A stretch of DNA of 63,947 nt from a virus. The DNA lies in IMG/VR virus record IMGVR_UViG_3300045988_102022. One strand, given 5' to 3'. Below are positions 41,083 to 49,014 of this stretch, one piece after another. The notes beneath the pieces were generated by a model that was not told the origin of the DNA, searched no databases, and worked only from the letters and a program-made list of their open reading frames with translations. The first letter of the stretch is position 1. Each line of letters begins with the position of its first letter. The translations under genes and the position numbers were made by a program.

Positions 41083-41790
41083 ATGAAAAAAATAGCAGTT
41101 TTTATCATGTTAGCGCTTTGCTTGCTCACTGTTGCCTGCGGAGGACCTTCACCCAAAGAAGAAGCGGAGCGGTTACATAAAGAACACGCACTGACTACAA
41201 GGGCAATATGGAATGATAATTTTGTTCCTAAATTAAAGAAAATTCACAAGGAAATACCGGACGAAAAAAAGGATGTAGAAGCAGCTAAATTAGCGGAAGA
41301 GTACAAGCCAAAATTAGAAGATGCATACAAAAAAATTCAAGCAGAGAAGGTACAGGAACAAAACAAGCACCTTTCTGAGCTGATTCAGATGCAAGACAAA
41401 AACTCGCTGGAATTTTTAAATTTGCTGATAGTTCTTAAAGACAAGCAAAACCTAAAGCAACAAAATTGGAATCAAGATTTCGCAAACGTAACAATGCGCT
41501 TGTTTAACACCAAGTTGGAATATGACAACGAATATTCTAAGATTACTACCGGAAAAGGCACTTACGAATTGACATTGGCCAACTTCCAGAAAATCCATAA
41601 AGGCGATACATATCAGCAAGTTGCCGAAACATTCAAGATGCCAGGCGTTTTAAAAGGTTCCAGCACATCCCAGCTCAGCTACGGACCTCATACGCTTGAT
41701 ACCTGGGAATGGGAGCTTAACGATTCCAGGGTGGACATAATTTTTGAAAACAATAAGGCAAATTTAATTCACCAATTTAATTTGAAGTAA
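41083..41790 (+). CDS. Lipoprotein (prophage-expressed; superinfection-exclusion candidate)
   Basis: MKKIAVFIMLALCLLTVAC signal peptide with a lipobox-like TVAC; lies between the repressor and integrase genes. Confidence 0.6.
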   Translation: MKKIAVFIMLALCLLTVACGGPSPKEEAERLHKEHALTTRAIWNDNFVPKLKKIHKEIPDEKKDVEAAKLAEEYKPKLEDAYKKIQAEKVQEQNKHLSELIQMQDKNSLEFLNLLIVLKDKQNLKQQNWNQDFANVTMRLFNTKLEYDNEYSKITTGKGTYELTLANFQKIHKGDTYQQVAETFKMPGVLKGSSTSQLSYGPHTLDTWEWELNDSRVDIIFENNKANLIHQFNLK

Positions 41791-41820
41791 CAGACTATTC
41801 CCTAGCCTGTTAAAACAATT

Positions 41821-41850
41821 AGCAGGCTTTTAGCCTGCTTTTGTGTTTTT
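41821..41850 (+). terminator. Intrinsic terminator
   Basis: AGCAGGCT-TTT-AGCCTGCT followed by TTTGTGTTTTT. Confidence 0.6.
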
Positions 41851-42106
41851 CAAAACAAAACAGGCTTGAAAAACAGTCTGAAAGTAAAATTCCAGGTTGC
41901 TTTTCAAGCCGATGTTTTTATATAGATTATATGTGTTTTTGTAAAGATTAAAAATCTTATCAGAGCTTCATATTTAGCTTATATGAGCATTTAAATTTTA
42001 CTAATATAAATATAAGTAGAAGCCTAAAAAAGCCGCTTATAAGCTAAATATGAAAGAGATTTTTTTGCGGTTTTTGAAAAAAATTGCATAAAAGGAGATG
42101 CGGGAC

Positions 42107-43216
42107 ATGGCAGTAACAAAAAATCAGAAAACAGGGAAATGGGACTGCTCTTTTTGGTATAAAGATTGGCAAGGCGCAAGAAAGCACACAACAAAAAGAG
42201 GTTTTGACAAAAAGCGTGACGCTGAAAAGTATGAAAGCGATATGCGAAACAAAACTCATACGCATGACCCGAAATTCAGCGAAGTTATTTCGGCGTATCG
42301 TGAAGAGCTGGCCAGCAAGCTACAGCTAGGGGAATTAAAGCAATCTACCGTTGACGGAAAAATCCAGGCATTAGAATACTACATTCTCCCATTCTTCGAA
42401 AACTTGAACGTCGATAAAGTAACTCCGCTTCAAGTTATGCGCTGGCTTGCACTTCAAAACGAAAAATCAGAAAAGGAGCGTCTTTCAAGCAGACTGCTGA
42501 ACCGCATCCGCTCAGAGCTTAACCAGGTCTTTGAATTTTCAAAAAGAAACTTCGGGACAAAAAATAACCCTGTCACTCTAACGGACAGGGTAAAGCCATA
42601 TTCGAATGATACACGAGCCAAACTGTGGACAGTCGACCAGTACAAGGTTTTCTATGATGACATTGAGATAGCTTCGCATAGAGTGCTGTTTAATATCATT
42701 TTTTGGGCAGGCTTGCGAATAGGTGAAGTTTTGGCGTTAAAAATCGAGGATATTTCCCCCTATAAAATTCACGTTGATAAATCACTAATGCGTATAAACA
42801 ATAAAGACGAATACGTCATCAGCACCACCAAAACAAGAAGTTCCGTCCGTGATGTAGAAATACCGAAATATCTCTATCATCAAATCACGGACTACATCAG
42901 CACGCTTTACAAGGTGAAAGCAGAAGATTATATCTTCGACGGCATCAAGCCGACAGCCATTAGAACATATATGCGTTATCATTGCAGCAAATTAGGTTTG
43001 CCAAGAATCAGTCCTCACATTCTCCGACATAGCTATGCTTCTATGCTTTATGCGACTACCGGGGATATTTTGGCAGTCGCTGAGCAGATTGGCCACGCAG
43101 ATACAAATACAACCTTTAAATTTTACGCTCACATGATGCCGGAAGCAAATAGAAAAGCTGTTGACAAATTAGAGAGCTTGACTGTGGATAACTCACCCAA
43201 AAATAACGAATTTTAA
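42107..43216 (+). CDS. int: Tyrosine integrase
   Basis: Start set at the ATG at 42107 (AAAGGAG SD); GLRIGEVLAL, HILRHSYAS, GHADTNTTFKFYAH catalytic-type motifs. Confidence 0.85.
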   Translation: MAVTKNQKTGKWDCSFWYKDWQGARKHTTKRGFDKKRDAEKYESDMRNKTHTHDPKFSEVISAYREELASKLQLGELKQSTVDGKIQALEYYILPFFENLNVDKVTPLQVMRWLALQNEKSEKERLSSRLLNRIRSELNQVFEFSKRNFGTKNNPVTLTDRVKPYSNDTRAKLWTVDQYKVFYDDIEIASHRVLFNIIFWAGLRIGEVLALKIEDISPYKIHVDKSLMRINNKDEYVISTTKTRSSVRDVEIPKYLYHQITDYISTLYKVKAEDYIFDGIKPTAIRTYMRYHCSKLGLPRISPHILRHSYASMLYATTGDILAVAEQIGHADTNTTFKFYAHMMPEANRKAVDKLESLTVDNSPKNNEF

Positions 43217-43218
43217 TT

Positions 43219-43240
43219 TTTGGAACTCATTTGGAACTCA
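43219..43240 (+). repeat. Tandem 11-mer TTTGGAACTCA x2 (candidate integrase arm site / att element)
   Basis: Identical 22-mer recurs at 43409..43430. Confidence 0.6.
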
Positions 43241-43255
43241 AATAACAAAAAAAGA

Positions 43256-43295
43256 ACCGCCAAACCCCATGAATGCTAGGGTTTGGCGGTTTTTG
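43256..43295 (+). terminator. Intrinsic terminator after int
   Basis: ACCGCCAAACCC-loop-GGGTTTGGCGGT followed by TTTTT. Confidence 0.7.
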
Positions 43296-43408
43296 CTTAT
43301 AGTCCCTTTTACTGATTTTACCAAATCAGCCACTTTTTTGCAAGTGTTTTTTTACTGCATAGTGCATATCTTTGCGCTTATTTTTTTCATTTTTTCAGTT
43401 GCTTTTAT

Positions 43409-43430
43409 TTTGGAACTCATTTGGAACTCA
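43409..43430 (+). repeat. Tandem 11-mer TTTGGAACTCA x2, second locus
   Basis: Identical to 43219..43240. Confidence 0.6.
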
Positions 43431-43435
43431 CAAGC

Positions 43436-43468
43436 AAAAAAGCAGGCTGACTAAACCTGCTTTTTTTA
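43436..43468. terminator. Bidirectional intrinsic terminator
   Basis: AAAAA-AGCAGG-ctgactaaa-CCTGCT-TTTTTT. Confidence 0.6.
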
Positions 43469-43576
43469 GCCGTATGTAATAGTAAGAAGATAATTGAGAT
43501 ACCGAAATGGAAACAAATTCAAACCAAACCACACATATATTATAGCATATGCTTACAGCAGGTGCAAATAATATAA

Positions 43577-44038
43577 TTATTGTCTTTCCTTTGCTCTCAT
43601 TTGAGCTACCCATAAGTCAAGCACTTTTCCGCTAGGAGCATCAGGATCACACATATAAGCTTTAGCAATCTTAACGAGTGTTCCGGTATCGCCGCTGAAA
43701 GCTGCGCCATAATCACTATACACCATGTTCAGCACATAATACCAATCTGCTTTATGTTTGATATTGTGTTGCTCTGCTAGTTGGTTAGTCTGCTCATACG
43801 TCCAATGCTCACCATTAGTGCCATCTGTGTTCTGCATTTTACTAACAGCAAGCTTTGCAAGTGCTTCGTCAAAGTGAGGACCATAAGCCACACAGTGCAA
43901 GTCATACAATGTGCGATAAAAAAGGTCTGGGCAATGCATCTTAAGCTTTTCGAGCGCATCGCAAACAATTTCTTCCATTGCTCTCTCTTTTGTATCATCA
44001 CCTATGATCTTGTTCCAATAGTCTTTATAGGAGTGCAT
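43577..44038 (-). CDS. Hypothetical accessory protein
   Basis: 153 aa; GGAGGTG SD. Confidence 0.5.
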   Translation of the reverse strand: MHSYKDYWNKIIGDDTKERAMEEIVCDALEKLKMHCPDLFYRTLYDLHCVAYGPHFDEALAKLAVSKMQNTDGTNGEHWTYEQTNQLAEQHNIKHKADWYYVLNMVYSDYGAAFSGDTGTLVKIAKAYMCDPDAPSGKVLDLWVAQMRAKERQ

Positions 44039-44050
44039 AACTACACCTCC

Positions 44051-44485
44051 TCACGCAAGTTTAACCACACTGATAGCTGCTCTGTTGATAGTTGCCGCTG
44101 CCGTTGCCTGTACCTGCAAGCTAGTTGTATTATTCACAGCGCAGCAGGACGGACGAACACGCACAAGCGTGGTAAAGGAAATATTCACCGCCGTATCAGC
44201 AGCACCAGTAACAACGCTTTCTGCGCCATTAATGACAGAAGAAGTGCTTTCCGTGGTGCTTAAAAGCTGCAAGCCTACATTGCCAGCAGCAGCAGGAACA
44301 ACATCAGCATTTACGCTAACCAGGTATAAGCCACGAATAAGGCTAACACTTGAGCTACCAGCAGGATGTTTAATAGCGACGCCAGTCAGAAGATTGTTAA
44401 TAGGAAAACTAACAAAACCATTAGCGGTAACAGGCTGAGCCGCAATAACAGCAGCGTTTAAAGAAGATTTTTCGTAGCAAATCAT
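44051..44485 (-). CDS. BclA C-terminal/C1q-like domain protein (no collagen repeats)
   Basis: Start set at the ATG at 44485. A beta-rich A/V/S/T sequence ending ..INRAAISVVKLA resembles exosporium BclA C-terminal domains from memory. Confidence 0.4.
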   Translation of the reverse strand: MICYEKSSLNAAVIAAQPVTANGFVSFPINNLLTGVAIKHPAGSSSVSLIRGLYLVSVNADVVPAAAGNVGLQLLSTTESTSSVINGAESVVTGAADTAVNISFTTLVRVRPSCCAVNNTTSLQVQATAAATINRAAISVVKLA

Positions 44486-44608
44486 TATTCTCACCTCTTT
44501 ATGCAATCAAGGTATTTACTCAATACCTTTAAAATTTTCTCTTTTTTAAAGCAATAGGGACGGCTTGCACCGTCCCTAGCAGTGCAGTTAATGCACATAA
44601 ATTTATTA

Positions 44609-45355
44609 TCAGCCAACATTGTAAGCACAGCCACAAGCACCAGCAACATTAGCAGCAATGCTTTGATATGGACTGTTCGTCAGATAAGCGGGCTGCGGAT
44701 AAGGTCTCAGTGTGCCGATAAGGTTAGCGCTCTGGGCCTGTTGAGATAATTGGAAGTTAGCGGTCTGCAAATCACGGTCGCGGTCTGCGAGCTTGTCACG
44801 CAAATCTTGAATCTGGTTGGCTACCATAATTGCTCTAGTTTTCTCGCCGTCCTCTTTCACTGCGTTTACGATAGCGCAAGTGTTTTGTGCATTTTCGTAA
44901 CGCACTGCGTCAATATTGCGGTTGGTTTCGTAGCCAAGAGAAGCAATAGCCTGTTTTTGCTCGCAGCAGCACTGTTGAGCTGCGAAACGATTCTGCGCAA
45001 TCTCGCTACCAAGCTGGTAACCAGTCTGCATAATATCACGTTGAACGCCATTGAAGCCATTAAGCATGGTAGTGTTTTGAGCATAGAAGCCATCACACAA
45101 GCCATTCTGAACGCCACGAATACCGTCTTTAATATCCTGCATGGAGAATTGGTCTGCAATCTGGTCACGTGTCAGAGAACCATTTGCAAAAATTTCAGCG
45201 CCCATGTTGCCACGGTTGTTCCAATTGCCGCCCCAGCCGCCCATAAGAGCGAAAAGAACGATAATCCACATAAACCACATACCGCCGCCCCAGCAGTCAC
45301 CATAACCATTGTTTCGATTCATGTCCACAACAGGGACAATGTTTGTACCTTCCAT
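44609..45355 (-). CDS. Hypothetical membrane-anchored Gly/Trp- and Cys-containing protein
   Basis: 248 aa; N-terminal GGGMWFMWIIVLFALMGGWGGNW, QQCCCEQ, C-terminal GACGCAYNVG; GGAGGTGA SD. Confidence 0.5.
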   Translation of the reverse strand: MEGTNIVPVVDMNRNNGYGDCWGGGMWFMWIIVLFALMGGWGGNWNNRGNMGAEIFANGSLTRDQIADQFSMQDIKDGIRGVQNGLCDGFYAQNTTMLNGFNGVQRDIMQTGYQLGSEIAQNRFAAQQCCCEQKQAIASLGYETNRNIDAVRYENAQNTCAIVNAVKEDGEKTRAIMVANQIQDLRDKLADRDRDLQTANFQLSQQAQSANLIGTLRPYPQPAYLTNSPYQSIAANVAGACGCAYNVG

Positions 45356-45400
45356 ATTTTTTCACCTCCGTAAAAATCTATCTAAAGCTTCAGTGCGCGC

Positions 45401-45631
45401 CTATTGAAGCCTTAAACCAAATTGATTCAAGAATTGATTAAGCTGTTCATCATTCATGCCTTTTTGTTTGGCAAGATTCCTTACAATATCTTGTATCTGT
45501 TCAGGCGATTTACCTTGCCCCATCTGCATCGCCCTACTCATTAGCGGATTTTGCCCTGCGAACTGCTGCATTATTCCCATTGGGTTTCCTGCTTGCTGCA
45601 CCATCTGCATCATCTGGAATATGTTCATCAT
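45401..45631 (-). CDS. Small Gln/Met-rich protein
   Basis: 76 aa; GGAGG SD 8 nt upstream, located inside the 3' end of the upstream ORF. Confidence 0.5.
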   Translation of the reverse strand: MMNIFQMMQMVQQAGNPMGIMQQFAGQNPLMSRAMQMGQGKSPEQIQDIVRNLAKQKGMNDEQLNQFLNQFGLRLQ

Positions 45632-46046
45632 TTGTTATTCCTCCAATCTGTTCTTCGAGCTTTTCAATGCGTCTTTGCAATGCCAGCACTGTGTTATTAT
45701 CAGCATACGCAGGAGCTTGCATACCGCCGTCCTGCTGAAGCTGATACACTCTAAAAATCGGCAAGCCGTCCATACCTATAAGCTTTTCATAAATTTTTCC
45801 TTCGGCAGGAGCCGGGAAATATGTGCTGCTTCCATCAAGGTCAACCTGCGCTGCTCGTGCTTCTTCAACGCTCGTAACAGGTCTGCCTTTAATTTGCTGC
45901 ACAGGCTGATAAGCGTTCGGCTGTACAGGTGGCATCATCGTCGGCATTTGTTGCTGGTACATTTGCTGTTGTTGCTGTTGCAGGTTAGCTAACCTTTGCT
46001 GCATCTGCTGTGTTGCTCCATAAGGGTTATAATAATTTCCGTACAT
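45534..46046 (-). CDS. Gln/Pro/Met-rich low-complexity protein
   Basis: Start set at the ATG at 46046 (GAGGTGA SD); QQMQQRLANLQQQQQQMYQQQMPTMMPP; the 3' end overlaps the next gene by 98 nt. Confidence 0.5.
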   Translation of the reverse strand: MYGNYYNPYGATQQMQQRLANLQQQQQQMYQQQMPTMMPPVQPNAYQPVQQIKGRPVTSVEEARAAQVDLDGSSTYFPAPAEGKIYEKLIGMDGLPIFRVYQLQQDGGMQAPAYADNNTVLALQRRIEKLEEQIGGITNDEHIPDDADGAASRKPNGNNAAVRRAKSANE

Positions 46047-46141
46047 CTTTATCACCTCACTTATATTTTAAGTAATAGCAACAAAAACAATCCCTAAAGA
46101 TAAAGATATATTTCCCCACATTTTCAGACATGAAAATGAGC

Positions 46142-46195
46142 AAAAAAAAATAATCCCCATCCAAAAAAGCTTTTAAACTTTTTTGAATGGGGATT
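46142..46195 (-). terminator. Strong intrinsic terminator insulating the accessory cluster
   Basis: Minus strand AATCCCCATTCAAAAAAG...CTTTTTTGGATGGGGATT followed by a T9 run. Confidence 0.7.
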
Positions 46196-46198
46196 ACT

Positions 46199-46435
46199 TC
46201 ATTTGGAAAGCACTCGATTAATAGCCTTGTACGCAGTGCTTATTTCTCGGTCAACAGTTTTCGTAGAGATGTTCAGTTCCATTGCGATTTGGTAATTCAT
46301 TTTACCATCAACAAATTTCATCTCACAGATTTTCATTTGTCTAGGCGTTATCTTCGCTTCGTGAAGCACTGCATAAAATGAGCGGCGCGAACTTTCGGTC
46401 AACCATATCCTCGCGCTTTTTAGCAGTTTTCTCAT
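46199..46435 (-). CDS. Small sigma-70 region-4 / LuxR-type HTH protein
   Basis: ITPRQMKICEMKFVDGKMNYQIAMELNISTKTVDREISTAYKAI. Confidence 0.55.
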   Translation of the reverse strand: MRKLLKSARIWLTESSRRSFYAVLHEAKITPRQMKICEMKFVDGKMNYQIAMELNISTKTVDREISTAYKAINRVLSK

Positions 46436-46439
46436 TAAA

Positions 46440-46607
46440 TCACCTTTTTAAAACATAAGCAAGCAGTGCAATCAAACCAATGTTGGCAATCAACATTCCG
46501 GTCATGATATAAAACTGCTTATCAATAATTCTTTTGTTCTCAGCAAACAACATTGTCACCACGCCAGCTGGCAAAACTTCCTGCTGAACGTTTTCTTTAT
46601 CCATCAT
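46440..46607 (-). CDS. Small C-terminally anchored membrane protein (55 aa; below the track cutoff)
   Basis: Hand translation MMDKENVQQEVLPAGVV...MTGMLIANIGLIALLAYVLKR; GAGGTGA SD. Confidence 0.4.
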   Translation of the reverse strand: MMDKENVQQEVLPAGVVTMLFAENKRIIDKQFYIMTGMLIANIGLIALLAYVLKR

Positions 46608-46801
46608 CTTATCACCTCAATATAACGTGTTAGTTAAGCACATTATATCACATCAGCAAACAGATAGTCACTAAACAATTTAAGCAAAATAAAAGCGTTC
46701 TGCTTATACAGAACGCTTTAATGGATACCGAATGGAATCCACCAATCAAATTCGGATGTTAATTATAACACCCCCATATATATATTATACCATAGCGAAA
46801 A

Positions 46802-47269
46802 TCATTTTACAACAGCAAAAGCAATGGCAAACACTGCACATCCAGCGTAAACATTTCGCTGATGCTTAATTCTTCTCGCTTTCCTGCGCTCCGATTCCAT
46901 TTGCTCTGTCAACGTCTTGTATAATTCTTCGCTGTTCTTCAACGATTCCTTGGCAGTCGCTAATGAGTTTTTGGAGCTGTTCAATGCCTTCTGTGTTTCT
47001 TGTAACTGCATCTTCGCTTCTGCTAATTGCGTCAGCAGCTCTTTCGACGTGCCCTTCTGCGTTGTTAATGCTGATTCCAGCAGATTCAATTTCGCTTGCA
47101 GCAGATTGGTTTGATTTTTTAATTGATTCCACTGTTCTGTTGACATTGTTATTTGAGTCGGTGCTGCTTCTGCTGTGCCAACGCCAATACATATCATTGC
47201 AGATAAGCAAAATGCCAGCAACAATAAGACTGATTTTAATATATTTGTCAATTTTGCGTCGTGTTTCAT
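46802..47269 (-). CDS. Signal-peptide coiled-coil protein with a C-terminal TM anchor (frame B of an overlapping pair)
   Basis: 155 aa; LLLLAFCLSAMICIGVGTAEA-AP, heptad-like Q/L/K/E region, C-terminal AGCAVFAIAFAVV. The SD is 12 nt from the ATG. Confidence 0.4.
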   Translation of the reverse strand: MKHDAKLTNILKSVLLLLAFCLSAMICIGVGTAEAAPTQITMSTEQWNQLKNQTNLLQAKLNLLESALTTQKGTSKELLTQLAEAKMQLQETQKALNSSKNSLATAKESLKNSEELYKTLTEQMESERRKARRIKHQRNVYAGCAVFAIAFAVVK

Positions 47270-47276
47270 CTGTCAT
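46866..47276 (-). CDS. N-terminal TM plus coiled-coil protein (frame A of an overlapping pair; i-spanin/holin-accessory-like topology)
   Basis: 136 aa; KISLIVAGILLICNDMYW TM; AAGAGG SD 5 nt from the ATG. Confidence 0.45.
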   Translation of the reverse strand: MTDETRRKIDKYIKISLIVAGILLICNDMYWRWHSRSSTDSNNNVNRTVESIKKSNQSAASEIESAGISINNAEGHVERAADAISRSEDAVTRNTEGIEQLQKLISDCQGIVEEQRRIIQDVDRANGIGAQESEKN

Positions 47277-47485
47277 TATAACCTCTTAGCAATACTAACA
47301 TTTGCAAAATATAATAAATCGCATCAGACGCACAGGAATCGTCTACAAGCGATTTTAGTTGCCGACACGATAAATCATAAGCGGCATTATTTTTAAATCA
47401 CTCATAGACGATGCAATTTGTGCGTGATTTTTGTCCAAAACCGTAAAATTATAGTCTACTTGTAAGATAGGTATTCAGAATAACT

Positions 47486-47584
47486 TTAGAGAGCAAAATA
47501 ATGATGCAGTGCACCCAGTACAAAACCTGCAGCTAAACCAACTACAAATTTTCTGTCAGTAACAAACGCTTTCAGCTCTTCCAT
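47486..47584 (-). CDS. Small membrane peptide (32 aa; below the track cutoff)
   Basis: Hand translation MEELKAFVTDRKFVVGLAAGFVLGALHHYFAL; GGAGGTGA SD. Confidence 0.3.
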   Translation of the reverse strand: MEELKAFVTDRKFVVGLAAGFVLGALHHYFAL

Positions 47585-47719
47585 TATATCACCTCCATTC
47601 ATTATAAAATGTGCCACCGATTGTTGCGCAAATAAAGTTATCGAAAATGCTACACGTATAGGAGAGGGAATAACTAAGACCTCTTATCGGTGACTATATC
47701 TAAAGCACTATGCTTTAAA

Positions 47720-48346
47720 TCATCTGCCGTTACCTGCTTTGCCATAGGCAGGAATGCCATAAGGAGTAGTCAAGTCAATACCTGCAACATACTGATATGT
47801 AGTTTCTGCCCTATTGGCATAACCTACTCGATATATCTCGCCAACGTCTGCTGCAATCCAATAATAATTTTTAAACAGTTTGTTCAATGCTTCTAAACTA
47901 CGCAAGTTGACGTGCATATATCTATTAGCTAAAAAGCGTTTAACTACCCAGGTAGAAGTCGGACACCACATTCCAGCGTAAATAAGGCAGCGTGTATCAT
48001 CAAGCGTAGGCACCTGCTGCAAGACTTCGACGTATTGCAGACAGTCACGGGAAAGCTGTTCTAACTGTGCCTGCTGTCCTGCTTCGCTCCTCAAAAGCTC
48101 TTTTAACATCGGCAGCTCGCCGCTTGCCTTGATGTCAATATAGGTGCGGTCTGCGTATTCTGCACCGCCGGGGATAGCTTTCAAAAGGTCATTTGCTCTA
48201 TTGCCTTCCCATTGGCTGACACCGATTGACGGATAATCATATGCGGTGCTTTTGGCAACGCTATCATATCCGCCCTCAATGCCTGTGTTAATCAGTCCTT
48301 TTGCTATTTCTTTTGCAAGGCTTTTGTTCCAATCCATTACTATCAC
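47720..48346 (-). CDS. Putative endolysin / cell-wall hydrolase
   Basis: 208 aa downstream of two holin-like genes; the GIEGGYDS motif is reminiscent of GH108-type muramidases; weak. Confidence 0.4.
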   Translation of the reverse strand: MIVMDWNKSLAKEIAKGLINTGIEGGYDSVAKSTAYDYPSIGVSQWEGNRANDLLKAIPGGAEYADRTYIDIKASGELPMLKELLRSEAGQQAQLEQLSRDCLQYVEVLQQVPTLDDTRCLIYAGMWCPTSTWVVKRFLANRYMHVNLRSLEALNKLFKNYYWIAADVGEIYRVGYANRAETTYQYVAGIDLTTPYGIPAYGKAGNGR

Positions 48347-48448
48347 TCCTTTAATCAGATGATTTCACTTCTTAATTTCAGATTTCAGTTGTTTTGTTAA
48401 GTTTTAAAGTATACTTACGGAAATTCACTAAAAACTGAAAGTATACTT

Positions 48449-48688
48449 TTAAATTTGCTCATCATTCTTCACTTTAATCATCTTAGTTTCAACGTACTTA
48501 TTGCCAAGCTGCGCAAGCATAAAAGATACGCAAGCCATAGCAAAGGCTTCGTAGTTGCCCCATGTCTTAACGAAAAACGCAAGGTAAAGAGAAATTACAC
48601 TGAACAAGATAAACGCCAGCACGGCACACATTCTGCCGATACTCAGTGTGTTCTCGTCTTTCTTTAACATATTCAATAACTTTTTCAT
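48449..48688 (-). CDS. Holin-like membrane protein
   Basis: 79 aa, two hydrophobic helices, charged C-terminus. Confidence 0.5.
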   Translation of the reverse strand: MKKLLNMLKKDENTLSIGRMCAVLAFILFSVISLYLAFFVKTWGNYEAFAMACVSFMLAQLGNKYVETKMIKVKNDEQI

Positions 48689-48691
48689 TTT

Positions 48692-49006
48692 TTATCCTTT
48701 CTCGTGCGGCTCGTAGTTCGGCAAACCGTTTAACTGTTCCATTAGGCCGTTGATAACTCCGTTCTCGCCAAGAGCTTCATAGCTTTTGTAGCAAGCGTTA
48801 ATGCTTTCTATAGCATAGATGGGTATCCAGCCTTTTTCGTCTACATAGTGATTGTAAGCCTGGATAATTCTGTCACGGAGCAAAGCTTGCAGTCCTGCTT
48901 TCAAAGCATTATTTTCCTTCTTCTTCGCACGGTATAAAGCAAAAAGATAAGAGATAACAGCACCAGCAATAATATTTATTACAGTTTGTACAGTTGATTC
49001 AATCAT
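48692..49006 (-). CDS. Holin-like / membrane protein
   Basis: Start set at the ATG at 49006 (GGTGAGGTG SD); N-terminal TM VINIIAGAVISYLFALY. Confidence 0.4.
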   Translation of the reverse strand: MIESTVQTVINIIAGAVISYLFALYRAKKKENNALKAGLQALLRDRIIQAYNHYVDEKGWIPIYAIESINACYKSYEALGENGVINGLMEQLNGLPNYEPHEKG

Positions 49007-49014
49007 AAAACACC

